NCBI GenBank assembly: GCA_951406725.2
Contig: OX597838.1
Span: 8,742,001-8,806,000 of the forward strand
Length of the DNA: 64,000 bases
Source: Octopus vulgaris
Taxonomy: Eukaryota
Direction: 5' to 3'
How positions within the stretch are numbered: the stretch's first letter is position 1; each line of letters opens with the position of its first letter. Positions 48,198 through 61,145 of this stretch are shown one piece after another. A program made the translations under genes and the position numbers. Under the pieces are notes generated by a model that was not told the origin of the DNA, did not search any database, and worked only from the letters and a program-made list of their open reading frames with translations.

Positions 48198-49286
48198 TAT
48201 ACATACGACGGGCTTCTTTCAGTTTCCACCAACCAAATCCACTCACAGGGTTTTAGCCAGCCCGAGGCTACAGTAGAAGACACTTGCCCGAGGTGCCACG
48301 CAGTGGAACCGAACCCGGAACCATGTGGTTGGGAAGCAAACTTCTTACCACACAATATATCATCATCATCACCACCATCGTTTAACATCCACTTTCCATG
48401 CTGGTATGGGTTGGACGGTTTGAACAGGGGCCAACAAGGCAGACGACTGCACCAGGTTTCACTGTCTGTTTTGGCATAGTTCTTACAACTACACACACAC
48501 ACACACACACAACTGCATACTCTTTCTCTCTCTTTTACTCTTTTACTTGTTTCAGTCATTTGACTGCAGCCATGCTGGAGCACCGCCATTAGTCAAGCAA
48601 ATCGACCCCGGGACTTATTCTTTGTAAGCTCAGTACTTATTCTATCGGTCTCTTTTGCCGAACCACTAAGTGACGGGGACGTAAACACACCAGCATCAGC
48701 TGTCAAGCAATGCTAGGGGGACAAACACACACACACACACACACACATATATACATATATACGGCAGGCTTCTTTCAGTTTCCGTCTACCAAATCCACTC
48801 ACAAGGCATTGGTCGGCCCGGGGCTATAGCAGAAGACACTTGCCCAAGATGCCACACAGTGGGACTGAACCCGGAACCATGTGGTTGGTTAGCAAGCTAC
48901 TTACCACACAGCCGTATATTTTTTTTTTAGAAAACAGCAAAATACTCAATACCCACTCAACACACCACACATATACAAACCTACATTCAAGTGTATTGAA
49001 TACCTGTAAGTAGAAATATGATATTTATATTTATATAGCATCAACATTTACAGTAAGTATTTGATGCATTGTGTGTGTGTGTGTGTGTGTGTGTGTATTA
49101 GGGATATAGTAGTGTGCCTGTGTGTGGGCATTACCTGTCAATGAGTAGGACAGAGGTGTGCGTGTATTGATGTGCTTGATAGCACACCCATTTAATATGG
49201 GTGTTTATATTGGAATGTAGGACAAAACCACTGAGTTTTAGGTGCAGTTCCAGGCAACACATGACACGTCGGTGCGCCTCTGTGAG

Positions 49287-49413
49287 TCACTCACTCAGAC
49301 TCAAGATGGCTGCCAGCAAGTCTTTCTCCTTGACTCCCGCCTGCACCAGGTCGTCGTTCAACTGGAAAATATGCACGTCTCCTTCACCGTCACCACTGGC
49401 AATAATATTAGGC
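49287..49413 (-). CDS. WDR34: WDR34 last coding exon (PNIIASGDGEGDVHIFQLNDDL...LSE*)
   Basis: ASGDxxG.V motif; TGA at 49287-49289. Confidence 0.92.
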
Positions 49414-52400
49414 CTGAAGAGAGAAACACAGAGAACAACAGTTCAAATCTCGCTTGGGTTGTTTTATTTCCAGATACAAATAAGATGGTAATTTTATCTT
49501 GAAACCCGTAAACGCTGACAGAACAGCGAAGACTGCACAAAATATCCATACAAAGCAATTGCTGACATTATGTAACACACTCACCTGTAAAATTTCCACT
49601 TTTTTTCTTATTTTTATTGCCCTAAACTTTTCGTTGCATCTGTAACCTTTTCAATAGTTTGAGAGTCAAAACTATTGAAAAGGTTGCAAGATGCAATGAA
49701 AATTTTAGGACAATAAAAATAAGAAAAAAAGTGGAAATTTTACCGGTGAGTGTGTTACATAATAAGGCACAAAAAGAAAATGACTCTCCCCAGATACAAC
49801 AGAATATGCTTCAAAACACGAGTTCACATGAAGAATCTTGCAAACCAAGTCCAAAAACGAAATACAATTGCTGACAAATTTCACCGTTTTGTATGGAGAA
49901 TTTATCCAGTCTCTGCTGTCCTATCAATGTTTATGCGTTAGAAAATAAATTATCATCTTATTCATATCTCACAATACATTTCAACGCTTCTAAAACAAAC
50001 ATCAGTTTGTTTACATTCATCACAATTTTATTTTTATTTTTCATTTTTTTCGAATACATGACCCTGCACCATGGATTCCCCGTCACCAATCTCCACCTTC
50101 AGCAGCTCTACATCTCTCTTCGAACCCATGTACTGCTTGGATTGAACACTCCACCATCCTTACACTAACATCTTCCACATAGCTTTTTTTTCTTCTTTTT
50201 AATTCAATTTAATTTCAATTTTTTAAAATTTAACCCTTTAGTGTTTAAACCGGCCACATCCGGCCCAATATATTCTACATGTTTTATATTTGAACTAGCC
50301 ATATCTAGCCTCTCACACCTAACCTACATTGACATTCTAAATATAAATAATCATATTATTGGAACCTCAAAGCTATAAGATAATGCTTGATTAATTCAAA
50401 ACAATGTGAATAAATATGAATCACATTTGACAGAGTTAATCTGAATGCTAAATGGTTAAAAGATTTTTTCTATTTATCATTTAATTTAAATCATTTCTAT
50501 TTTTAATTCATCTTCCACACACTGATACACATAGCTTGTACATCGCCCACACACACACACACACGCATTGCCATATCTTGGCATGTACAAAAAACCCGTT
50601 CACACACACATCAATACAGGCACAGACGTGCAGACATACATAAACACACACACACATACATATATATATACAAACACAAACACATGCATACGCACAGCAG
50701 CAGCAACAACATACTCACACACTTGTCATGTCCTTTCTCACACCCTCACTACACACACATACACAAACACACAAACTCATACACAAACACATATGTACAT
50801 ACGCAGCAACACCATCACCTCTCTCTCACACACACACACACATACACACATATACACAAACCCATACACACACACAGCAACACCACCGCACTCACACACT
50901 TGTCACATCACCTCTCACACACACACACACACAGACACATATACACAAACCCATACAAACACCCACAGCAACACCAACGCACTCACACACATACATAGAC
51001 ACATATACACAAACCCATACACACACACACACATACACAGCAACACCAATGCACTCACACACTTGTCACATCACCTCTCTCACACACACACACACACATA
51101 CATACAGAGACACATACACACACATACAGCAACACCAATGCACTCACACACATATACACAAACTCATACACACACACACAGCAACACCACTGCATTCACA
51201 CACTTGTCACATCGCCTCACACATGCACACACATACAGAGACACATATACACAAACCCATACACACACACAGCAACACCATCGCACTCACACACTTGTCA
51301 CATCGCCTCTCTCACACACACACACACACATACAAAGACACACATATACACAAACTCATACACAGACACACACACAGCAACACCACTGCACTCACACACG
51401 TCAGATCGCCTCTCTTACTCACACACATACATAGACACACATATACACAAACTCATACACACACACACACACACTCATGTACACATACACACACAGCAAC
51501 ACCACCGCACTCACACACTTGTCACATCGCCTCACACACACACACACACATACACACACCCACAGCAACACCAACGCACTCACACACATATACACAAACT
51601 CATACACACACACACACACATGCTTGTCACTTCCCTCTCACCACCAAACCTAACTGCTGCAGCTGCTAGCTTGTCCGTAGTGCCACTCCCTTAAACATAC
51701 ATCACTCACAACCCACACTGATCATATTCACACTCACCTGCCATAAGAAACCACTCTCTCTCTCTTTCTCTCCACTTCTGGTCACTTCAGCCATGTAACC
51801 ACACACATGTCTTTCTTGGACTATTCTTTTCCTTCACTTCAGATCTTTCCTCTTTCCGACAAACAGCCATGCTCAACACGTCACCTCCCCTTCCTCGTTT
51901 TTTTCCATCTTAAACTAAGAGTCAATCTAATACATTCTCTGGGCAAGTGTCTTCTACTATAGCCTCAGGCCGACCAAAGCCTTGTGAGTGGATTTGGTAC
52001 ACAGAAACTAAAAGAAGCCCGTCGTATATATGTATATAGATGTGTGCGTGTATGTTTGTGCTTGTCCCCCTAGCATTGCTTGACAACCAATGCTGGTGTG
52101 TTTATGTCTCCGTCACTTAGCGGTTTGGCAAAAGAGACTGAGAGAATAAGTACTGGGCTTACAAAGAATAAGTCCCGGAGTCGAGTTGCTCGATTAAAGG
52201 CAGTGCTCCAGCATGGCCGCAGTCAAATGACTGAAACAAGTAAAAGAGTATATATATATACACACACACACATATATGCAAACACACACACACATATATA
52301 TATATATATTCAATTTATATACTTTTATTCTTTTATTTGTTTCAGTCATCTGATTGTGGCCATGCTGGAGCACCACTTTTAGTTGAACAAATCGACCCCA

Positions 52401-55400
52401 CGACTTATTCTTTGTAAGCCTAGTACTTAGTCTGTTGATCCCTTTTGCCAAACCGCAAACCTACGGGGACGTAAACACGCCAACATCAGTTGTCAAGCGA
52501 TGGTGAGGGGGGACAAACACAGACACACACACACACACATATACAACAGGCTTCTTTCAGTTTTCATCTTCCAAATCCACTCACAAGGCTTTGGTCGGCC
52601 TGAGGCTATAGTGGAAGACACTTGCCCACGGGGCCACGCAGTGGGACTGAACCCAGAACCACGTGGTTGGTAAGCAAGCTACTTACCACACAGCCACTCC
52701 AGCGCCTATATATGTATGTGTCATCATCATCATCGTTTAACGTCCGCTTTCCATGCTGGCTTGGGCAGGATGATTTGACTGAGGACTGGCGAACCAAATG
52801 GCTTCACCAGGCTCCAATCTGATCTCACACAGTTTCTACAGCTGGATGCCTTTCCTAACGCCAACCACTCCAATGGGTGTGAAAGCTGATCTTTTTAACT
52901 GGTTGGAGTCCTTCCTTCACAGCCAAAAAGAGGTAGTTATGGTTCTAGGATAGCATTCTTCACCCTATGAGATGTCATCTAGTGTACTACAGGGATCTGT
53001 TCTTGGTCTCCTTTTGTTTGTTGCATACATCAATGACATAGATGCCAACTTAAAGAATGCCGCAATGCTAAAATATACAGACGACATCTAGCTGTACCTT
53101 GGGATAAAAAGGACAGATCCTGAACACTGTAGATCTTTCCTGCAATGAGACCTGGACACAATACAACAATGGATCACGAACTGGCAACTCAAGCTGGCTG
53201 TGGACAAGTGTACCACCATACATTTTGGGAGGAAAAACCCAGCATTCACGTACTCTCTCCACAACAGTAATATCAAGAAGTCTTCTTGTTGATGTGACCT
53301 GGGCATTTCTGTCGGCAGTGATTTGCACTGGACAAAGCACGTCTCTAAAATTGTCAAGAAGGCCGAGGGTGTCTTGGCATCCCTCAGCAAGTTTTGTCGG
53401 CCACTCTCCAGCTATCTATTTAAGGCGGTATGTGGCTGTGGTGCGGCCACTCTCCAGCTATCTATTTAAGGCGGTATGTGGCTGTGGTGCGGCCACACTT
53501 GGAATTTGCATCACCAGTCTGGAATCCCCTATCTTGTTCAGGACATTGACCTCCTGGAAACTGTTCAGAGACGTGAAACCAAGTGAATCCCCTCCATCAG
53601 GCATCGACCATACTCTGAACGTCTTGCTCCAATGCCTGGCAACTGACTTGGTAAACACTCTCAAAATTATTGACCATTGTGCCAACAACCACCTTGAACA
53701 CCTTTTTCAGCTCCATGTGTCTAACACATGTGGGCAGGACTACAAAGTCAGAAAACAGCACAGCTTACATCACTTTCAGAAACATTTTTTCCACACTCAG
53801 TGTTGCTGAAGCATGGAACAAACTACCTGCATCAGTTGTTAGCTGCTGAGACATTCCATCCTTTGAAACCTCCATGCTTCCTGAAATTTGCCAACACTAC
53901 ACCTGATATTCTCTCCCTCTGTACGCATGCACACATGTCTATCATGACTCATACACTGTTCGCTTTCCTGACTTTTGTGCATAATTCCATGTACTGTACA
54001 TGCACCTTTGATGAGTTGTAGCGCACCTGAGCACCAGACACAATAATTTCATTATCGCTAGTGAGACGTAAAAAGCACCATCCATACGTGGTTGATGCCA
54101 GCACCACCTTGACTGGCTTCCGTGCCGGTGGCATGTAAAAAGCACCAACTGATCATGGCCGTTGCCAGACACCCCTGGCATGTAAAAAGCACCCACTACA
54201 CTCTCGGAGTGGTTGGCGTTAGGAAGAGCATCCAGCTGTAGAAACACTGCCAAATCAGACTAGAGCCTGGTGCAGCCTCCTGGCTTCCCAGATCGCAGTC
54301 GAACCGTTCAAGCCATGCTAGCATGGAAAGCGGACGTTAAACGACGATGATGATGATGATGATGGTGGAGATGATATAGTCCTAGATTACGCTACCACCA
54401 CCACTACCAGCAAATAAAAGGATGGTTGGTCATGGCACCAACACCATGCCAGTGTTTACACTTACCGTTGAGTATTGAAAGAACATGAATAAATGGGAGC
54501 CTTCTGGGTGCCAGCCTCCAAAGTGTGCAGGGGTTTCAGCATGCTGTGTTGTAAATCATACAGGAGCAGCAACCCCGTATCTGTAGCAGCAGCAATGACA
54601 AGGGGTCGAACAGGGGACCAGGACCCACAAACAAGAGAACCTTGATCAGGTTTCAAAACTTTGACAGGTTCCGACTAGAAGGGAAAAAAAATGGGAAAAA
54701 AAAAAAAAGAAAATTATGAGCGGTTGAAAAATGAAATTCAGCAATTTATTACATTTTTGTGAAACTGTTAAAAAAGATTTTTGTGTCTGAAAATCTTCTG
54801 ACATCATCCTGAATGAGTTCTGTGTAGTCTTTAATACAAAAGCCTCTTTGAAAGGAATTTTTCTGGAGACATAGAATTAGCACTATTCTAAGTGTGTGTG
54901 TGTATGTGTGTGTGCGCGTGTGCACATTCTGATGTGGCTGTATGGTAAAAAGTTTGCTTTCCAGCCACATGGTCCTACATGTCTTTTATTATAGCCCCTA
55001 GCCAAAGAAAACCCTGAGAGTGGATTTGGTAGGTAGAAACTGAAGGAAGCCTTTCCACTTCAGATGTATATGTGTGTATGTTTGAGTCCACTTGTCTTGA
55101 CACTGTTTCATGATTGTATAACGATTGTCAGTATATCAAAAACAAATGGAAATTGTAGTTGTGATCCCTGTGCCAGGGGAACATAAAAAGCACTATCCGA
55201 ACGTGGCCGATGCCAGTGCCGCCTTGACTGGCTTCCATGCAGATGGCATGTAAAAGGCACCAACCGATCGTGGTCATTGCCAGCCCCCTCTGGCCCCTTT
55301 GCTGGTGGCACATAAAAAAGCACCTGCTACACTCTCGGAGTGGTTGGCTTTAGGAAGGGCATCCAGCTGTAGAAACATTGCCAGATCAGACTGGAGCCTG

Positions 55401-57800
55401 GTGCAGCCTCCTGGCTTCCCAGACCCCAGTCGAACTGTCCAACCCATGCCAGCATGGAAAATGGACGTAAAACAATGATGATGATGATACAAGAGCACCA
55501 TTCATTCTCAATATTCTGCTAGGGCACTGCCTTGAAGAATTTTTGGTCGAATGAATCAACTCCAGCATGGAACACAAATGTTAAATGATGATGAATAAAA
55601 GCAAATACAACTTTTAAAAGAAAGGAACGTAGCATAACACCAAAAAAGAGATTACTGACTTGCAGAGCATTCCATATCTTCATGGACTGATCCATTCCAG
55701 TGGTAAGGAAGGCATGTGGATGAAAAGGAGAGCAGTCTATAGCATTAACGGGGCCCAGGTGAGGTTTATAAGTAAACACAACAGGTGATGGCAACATTGG
55801 TTTGCCTAAAGGAAAAAAAAAAAGGAAATAATTTAATTAAAAGATATTAATTAATAGATATTAATTGCTGGCAGCAGAATATTAATTTAGCAATTCATAT
55901 AAATCCAAGAAACGAGAATAACAATCAGAAATGGGTAGATGAGACTGTGTGGTTTTACGTGGCACCACAAAGGACACCTTTGCACGACGCCACATGGGTG
56001 CTTTTATTAAGCCCAACAGCTGATCACAATATCAGTGATTGTTCAATCACTGTTTTCCTATTTGAATAGTATGGGACTGGCAGTGGGTTCAAGTTATTGA
56101 CAAAGTGCAATGACGCAGAAATGCATACCTAGAATTTTCACCACCACTGCAGGAAGATTTTCCTCTGCTACTGACATATTTTTGTGTTTTTAAAAAACAG
56201 TACATCCATAAGAGATATTATCTTTGGACTAATACCACAGTTAATTTGTCTTTCATAATATATTTACATTGACTATGACACACAACACATCGGTAAAAGC
56301 TGAAGAGATAAGAAGTCGATTGTGTGATGAAAGGAGACTTACCGTCCATGTCGACTCCTTGATGCCCATCTTGTTGAGTGCAGCACTTGAAAATGGCACC
56401 AGTCTCTGAACCGATAAAACAGACGTGGTCACCATAGTGAGTATATGATAAACAGGTAAGGCCAACTTCTCGGTCTGATCGACTACCTTTGCCCCGTAAA
56501 GATTTAGGAAGGCTCTGTGATGTCACAGCGAACCTGCAGATTTAGGAAAGAAAGTACGCATCAGTGCAATATATCATCATCATCATTTATTTAACATCCT
56601 TTTTCCATGCATGGATGAATCAGACAGAGTAGGGATTTCTACAGCCAGACGCCTTCCTGTTCCCAACCAAGGTAATATTTCCCTCCCAGAGCCCCGACAT
56701 GTTTCCCATGGAAGACAGGAAATTAGTGACACTGCTTGTATGACAGTGACACTCGTTTACGACTATCATTGACATCTGTTTTCCATGCTGGCATGGGTTG
56801 GACGGTTTGACTGGAACTGCTAAGACGAGGACATCATCATCATCATCTTCGTTTAGCGTCCGCTTTTCATGCTAGCATGGGTTGGACAGTTCAACTGGGA
56901 AGCCAGAAGGCTGCACCAGGCCCAATCTTGATCTGGCAGAGTTTCTACGGCTGGATGCCCTTCCTAACGCCAACCACTCCGTGAGTGTAGTGGGTGCTTT
57001 TTACGTGCCACCGGCACAGGTGCCAGGCGAGACATGCACAAACATATACACATCTACGTAGAGGGACTTCTTTCAGTCTCTGCACACCGAATCCACTCAT
57101 AAAGCTTTGGTCAACTGGGGCTATAGTAGAACACACTTGGTATCACAAGGTACCACACATTGAGATTGAACCTGGATCATGCGGTTGAGAAGCAAGCTTC
57201 TTCCCATACGCCTACTCCAGTGCCTGTGTGTATACACATACACACCTATATACATACATATGTAAGTGATAACAATAAAGTTTGTACTTACTGTTGGGTA
57301 AGGGTCAGTTTGTTTAACTTCATGTCCACTGTCCAAACCAGAAGTTTGCCATCTCCACTCACACTGACAAGCTGCCAAACAGAGTGATAAACATGACTGT
57401 TTTATATATATATATATACATATATACACAGATGAATATGGTATTTAAGTCATACGCACCAGAATTTTGTATGGTATTATCCATATAAATCCATGGGGTG
57501 ATTATAATCAAAATAAGCAACAAGTATATCTTAGGTAATTTGGTACGATTGTTTCATGCTACTTCATTTTATTAAACTTTGTAAGTATTACATCAGTTTT
57601 AAAATGTTGAGCAATCTTCAGCCATTTATAGAAGTCTTCCATCAAACGAACAATACATATTCTTATTTCCATTTCGTTTGCCAACATTATAAAGAGGGAG
57701 GTAAATATACAGACAGAGAGGTTGATTCGATTCTTAAGAACAGGATAGTATTGAAATTTACTCTTTGACTGTAGATTTTTTCACTTAGTTGCTTATTTTG

Positions 57801-57832
<32 letters not shown>

Positions 57833-60800
57833 CACTCTGTAAAGTGGTTGGCATTAGGAAAGGCCTCCAGTTATAGAAATGAAACCAAAACAGACTATGG
57901 AACCCGGTACAGCTCTCCAGCTTAGCAGTTCCAGTCAAACCGTCCAACCCATGCCTGCATGGAAAACAGACGTCAAATGATGATTATGAAACATCATCAT
58001 CATCATCTAATATCCACTTTCCATGCTGGCATGGGTTGGACGGTTTGACCGGAACTGGTAAGCCGCACCAGGTTCCAGTCTGATTCAGCCCGGTTTCTAT
58101 GGCTGGATGCCCTTCCTTATGCCCACCAGTTGAATCAGACCCAAATGTTTTACCCATTTTATGTTCAAAGCGGCCGGATCCAGCTTCTCACACCTACCCT
58201 ACAATGTCATTCTAAAAAATAAACAATCACATCATCAAAAGCTCAAAGCTACAAGATAATCCAGGATTAATTCAAAACAATACAATTGTAAGTATTACAT
58301 CAGTTTTAAAATGTTGAGCAATCTTCAGCCATTTATAGAAGTCTTCCATCAAACAGACAATACATGGAGTATGCATATATACAAATAAATAAGCATGACA
58401 TATGATAGAGTAATCTGAATGCTTAATGATTAAAGACAGATGAACAAAATGGAGGTTTACCTTGTATGTCTTAGAGTGACTTTCAGGGTCTAGGACCCAT
58501 TGTAGCTTAGCAACAGGCTCCCTGTGTGCATCTCCATCTCCCATACCATAACTATCCACGAGTAATACATTGTCATGGCTAAAATCCCAAAGCATGATTT
58601 CACCTGCAAAAGATAGAACGGTTATTTCAGGTAAAGCTCACAAAAGATCAGGTAGATTAATCTTAATATGAATGTCTGAGAGACAAGTTATCCAAAACCA
58701 TGAAGGCAATCATCTGAACGGATAGAACACATTTGCATGCGCATATCTAAGTTAAGTTAAGTTAATTTTTTGGCTCAAAAAGCAAAAAGCAAGGCCATGT
58801 AGGGGGACATGGAGTTATGTACAGGGAGGGTGTTCATGCAAAAAGTTCAGGCCATTTCTGGTCAAGAGAGACTTTGAACTGAGCAGTCATCGGCATCTTC
58901 ACTATCTCGTCTGGCAGCTTATTCCACGGATCGACAACCCGGACAGAGAAAGCCCCTCTCGTTCGATTGAGATGAAATCGTCGCAGATAGAGCTTTTCGG
59001 AGTGACCCCGCAGCCAACGCTCTGGAGCAGGAGTGAAGAACAGCTCTTTCGAGAGGTTATACTTTCCACTTATGATGTTGTGAGCAAGAATGAGATCACC
59101 ACGGCAGCGGCGTTTTTCTAGAGAATAAATGTTGAGCGTCTTCAGCCTTTCTTCATAAGACAAATTCTTGAGACCAAGAACCATGCGGGTAGCCAGCTTC
59201 TGGACTCTTTCGAGATACTGTATGTCTTTGAGGAGATAAGGAGAAGAGGCTTGAATCCCGTACTCCAATATGGGTCTCACCAGCGTGACATAGAGCGGTA
59301 GGAATATGGCTGCTGTGAGCATTCCGAATGACCGTCGAATCAAGAACAGAACTCCGCACGTGTGTGTGAGTGTAGGCACAAGCATGGCCATGTGGCAAGA
59401 CGTTTGCTTCCAAACCACACCATTCAGGGTTCAGTCCCACTGCATAGCACTTGAGTAAGTGTCTTCTGTAGCCTCACGCCATGGAAGGCGGAAACTGAAA
59501 GAAGCCTGTTATGTGTGTGTTTATGTGTATATGCATATATCTGTATTTGTCTCCCACCATCATTTGACAACCATTGTAGTTTATGTGTTTATGTCCTTGT
59601 AACTTAGTGGTTCACCAAAAGAGACTGATAGAGTAAGTATGTGGCTTAAAAAAAAAGGGAGTGGATCAATTCATGTGACTAAAATTCTTGAAGGTGATAC
59701 CCCAGCATGGCCACAGTCTAATACCTGTAACAAGTAAAAGATATACACACACACACACTTTCTCCCATGTATCTGGCTCTTTACAAGAGACCAATAGACA
59801 CAGAGGAATTACGGTGCCAAATACGGAATTGCCATGTGAATTCTTCCCATCTCCCTGTGCTCTAAGTTCAAAGTTCAAGTACCACCTGAGGTCAATTTTG
59901 CTTTTCGTCCTTTCAGGATTGATGAAATAAAGTACCAGTTCCAGGCTGACAGAACCCTTAATTCATTAGCATTTAAACTGGCCATATCTGGCCCCAAAAT
60001 ACTCCACCTTGTTTTATATTTAAACTGGCCAGATCCAGCCTCTCACACCTACCCAGTAATGTTATTCTAAAAATACGCAATCACACCATCAAACCCTTGA
60101 AGCTATGAGATAATGCAGGATTAATGCAGGATTAATTATTAATGCAGGATTAATTCAAAACAATGTGGATAAATAAGAATTACTTTTGACAGCCTTCTCG
60201 GGGAAATTTCAAACCTGGTTCTCATTCCTAAGGTATCTTTTCATAATATCATTATTATTATTATTATTATTGTGGAGGCGCAATGGCCCAGTGGTTAGGG
60301 CAGCGGACTCGCGGTCGTAGGATCGCAGTTTCGATTCCCAGACCGGGCGTTGTGAGTGTTTATTGAGCGAAAACACCTAAAAGCTCCATGAGGCTCCGGC
60401 AGGGGATGGTGGTGATCCCTGTTGTACTCTTTCACCACAACTTTCTCTCACTCTTACTTCCTGTTTCTGTTGTACCTGTATTTCAAAGGGCCGGCCTTGT
60501 CACTCTCTGTGTCACGCTGAATCTCCCAGAGAACTACGTTAAGGGTACACGTGTCTGAGGAGTGCTCAGCCACTTACATGTTAATTTCACAAGCAGGCTG
60601 TTCCTTTGATCGGGTCAACCGGAACCCTCATCGTCGTAACCGACGGAGTGCTTCCATTATTATTATTATTCAGGTCACTGCTTGGAATCAAACTCGGAAT
60701 CTTGGGGTTAGATGCCCGTGCTCTTAACCATTACACCATATGCCTACAGGCATATAATTATAATAATAATAATAATAGTAACCTTGAAAAATACCTTACG

Positions 60801-61145
60801 AATGAGAACCCAGGTTCGAAGTTTCTCCAAGATACCTGATGAAGGCTAATGGGTATATCAGCCGAAACGTTGTGTTAACAACAAACAAGATGAGGACAAA
60901 TATCCATCAAATGTAAATAATGTAAATGGCATCTGTTTTGATCTTTCTCCTGTTGTTACTTACCGTTGAAGTTTCCTGCACACACAAGAGCTGGGTTGGC
61001 TGGGTGGAAGGCAACACACATCAAACAACACGATTGCTCAATGACTTTGCTGGCTTTTTTCGAGTCCAAGGTTTGACTGTCTATATTCCAAGTGCAGAGG
61101 GCAGATTTGTGCGTACACCAACTGTCATGGTCAAGCCGACCAAAA
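49287..61145 (-). CDS. WDR34: WDR34/DYNC2I2 (cytoplasmic dynein-2 intermediate chain, WD40), 3' seven coding exons; 5' part not found in the window
   Basis: Phase-consistent exons 60964-61145, 58461-58603, 57292-57371, 56343-56533, 55660-55805, 54466-54674, 49287-49413. Motifs GRLDHDSW, AFHP, HREPV, HLGPVNAIDCSPFH, WSPVRPLV, ASGDGEG match WDR34 orthologues as recalled. Confidence 0.9.
49472..49968. repeat. Nested inverted repeats (foldback-like)
   Basis: Inner hairpin 49567-49763 with ~95 bp arms; diverged outer arms 49472-49554 and 49888-49968. Confidence 0.8.
50230..50459. mobile_element. Second TTAA-flanked MITE family
   Basis: TTAA|CCCTTTAG...CTAAATGG|TTAA; fragments also near 15270-15420, 31863-31950, 32280-32450, 58160-58280 and 59955-60190. 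Confidence 0.6.
50630..51630. repeat. (CA)-rich higher-order repeat with recurring CAGCAACACCA..GCACTCACACAC units
   Basis: Direct reading. Confidence 0.85.
52885..54055 (+). mobile_element. Decayed CR1-type LINE RT fragment
   Basis: QGSVLGxLLFVAYINDID, KYTDDI, WQLKLAVDKC remnants with stops and frameshifts; 3' part shared with 44470-44870. Confidence 0.85.
54466..54674 (-). CDS. WDR34: WDR34 exon (SEPVKVL...WSPVRPLVIAAA...FNTQ)
   Basis: WSPVRPLV motif; phase 0-2. Confidence 0.93.
55660..55805 (-). CDS. WDR34: WDR34 exon (KPMLPSPVVFTYKPHLGPVNAIDCSPFH...WNALQ)
   Basis: HxGPV..CSPFH motif; donor GTCAGT; phase 1-0. Confidence 0.92.
56343..56533 (-). CDS. WDR34: WDR34 exon (FAVTSQSLP...FIGSETGAIFKC...)
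   Basis: GxExG motif of dynein intermediate chains; phase 2-1. Confidence 0.9.
57292..57371 (-). CDS. WDR34: WDR34 exon (LVSVSGDGKLLVW...)
   Basis: SxDGKxLxW WD40 motif; phase 0-2. Confidence 0.9.
58461..58603 (-). CDS. WDR34: WDR34 exon (EIMLWDF...HREPVAKLQWV...TYK)
   Basis: WD40 motif; phase 1-0. Confidence 0.92.
58749..59357 (-). mobile_element. 5'-truncated CR1-type LINE, same family as 6808-7578
   Basis: Near-identical translation (ORF 58834-59418) and 3' UTR; (AACTT)n tail. Confidence 0.9.
60272..60655 (+). mobile_element. tRNA-derived SINE family C; representative copy inserted in (ATT)n
   Basis: A box TGGCCCAGTGG, B box GTTTCGATTCC; copies at 18870-19255(-), 20136-20425, 27063-27365, 45522-45893(-). 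Confidence 0.85.
60831..60876 (+). ncRNA. Minimal type I hammerhead ribozyme motif (Penelope-like)
   Basis: GAUAC-CUGAUGA-A-GGCU(loop)AGCC-GAAAC-GUU-GUGUU: intact core, stems I and II, palindromic loopless stem III. Confidence 0.65.
60964..61145 (-). CDS. WDR34: WDR34 exon (FGRLDHDSWCTHKSALCTWN...CVAFHPANPALVCAGNFN)
   Basis: CCTAG acceptor, GTAAGT donor, phase 2-1. Confidence 0.92.

Noticed and set aside
50568-51669. 288-313 aa His/Thr-rich ORFs
   Set aside because: (CA)n-based repeat antisense within a WDR34 intron.
51850-51885. Degenerate hammerhead relic (TTTCCGACAAACAGCCATGCTCAACACGT)
   Set aside because: Too many core changes to call.
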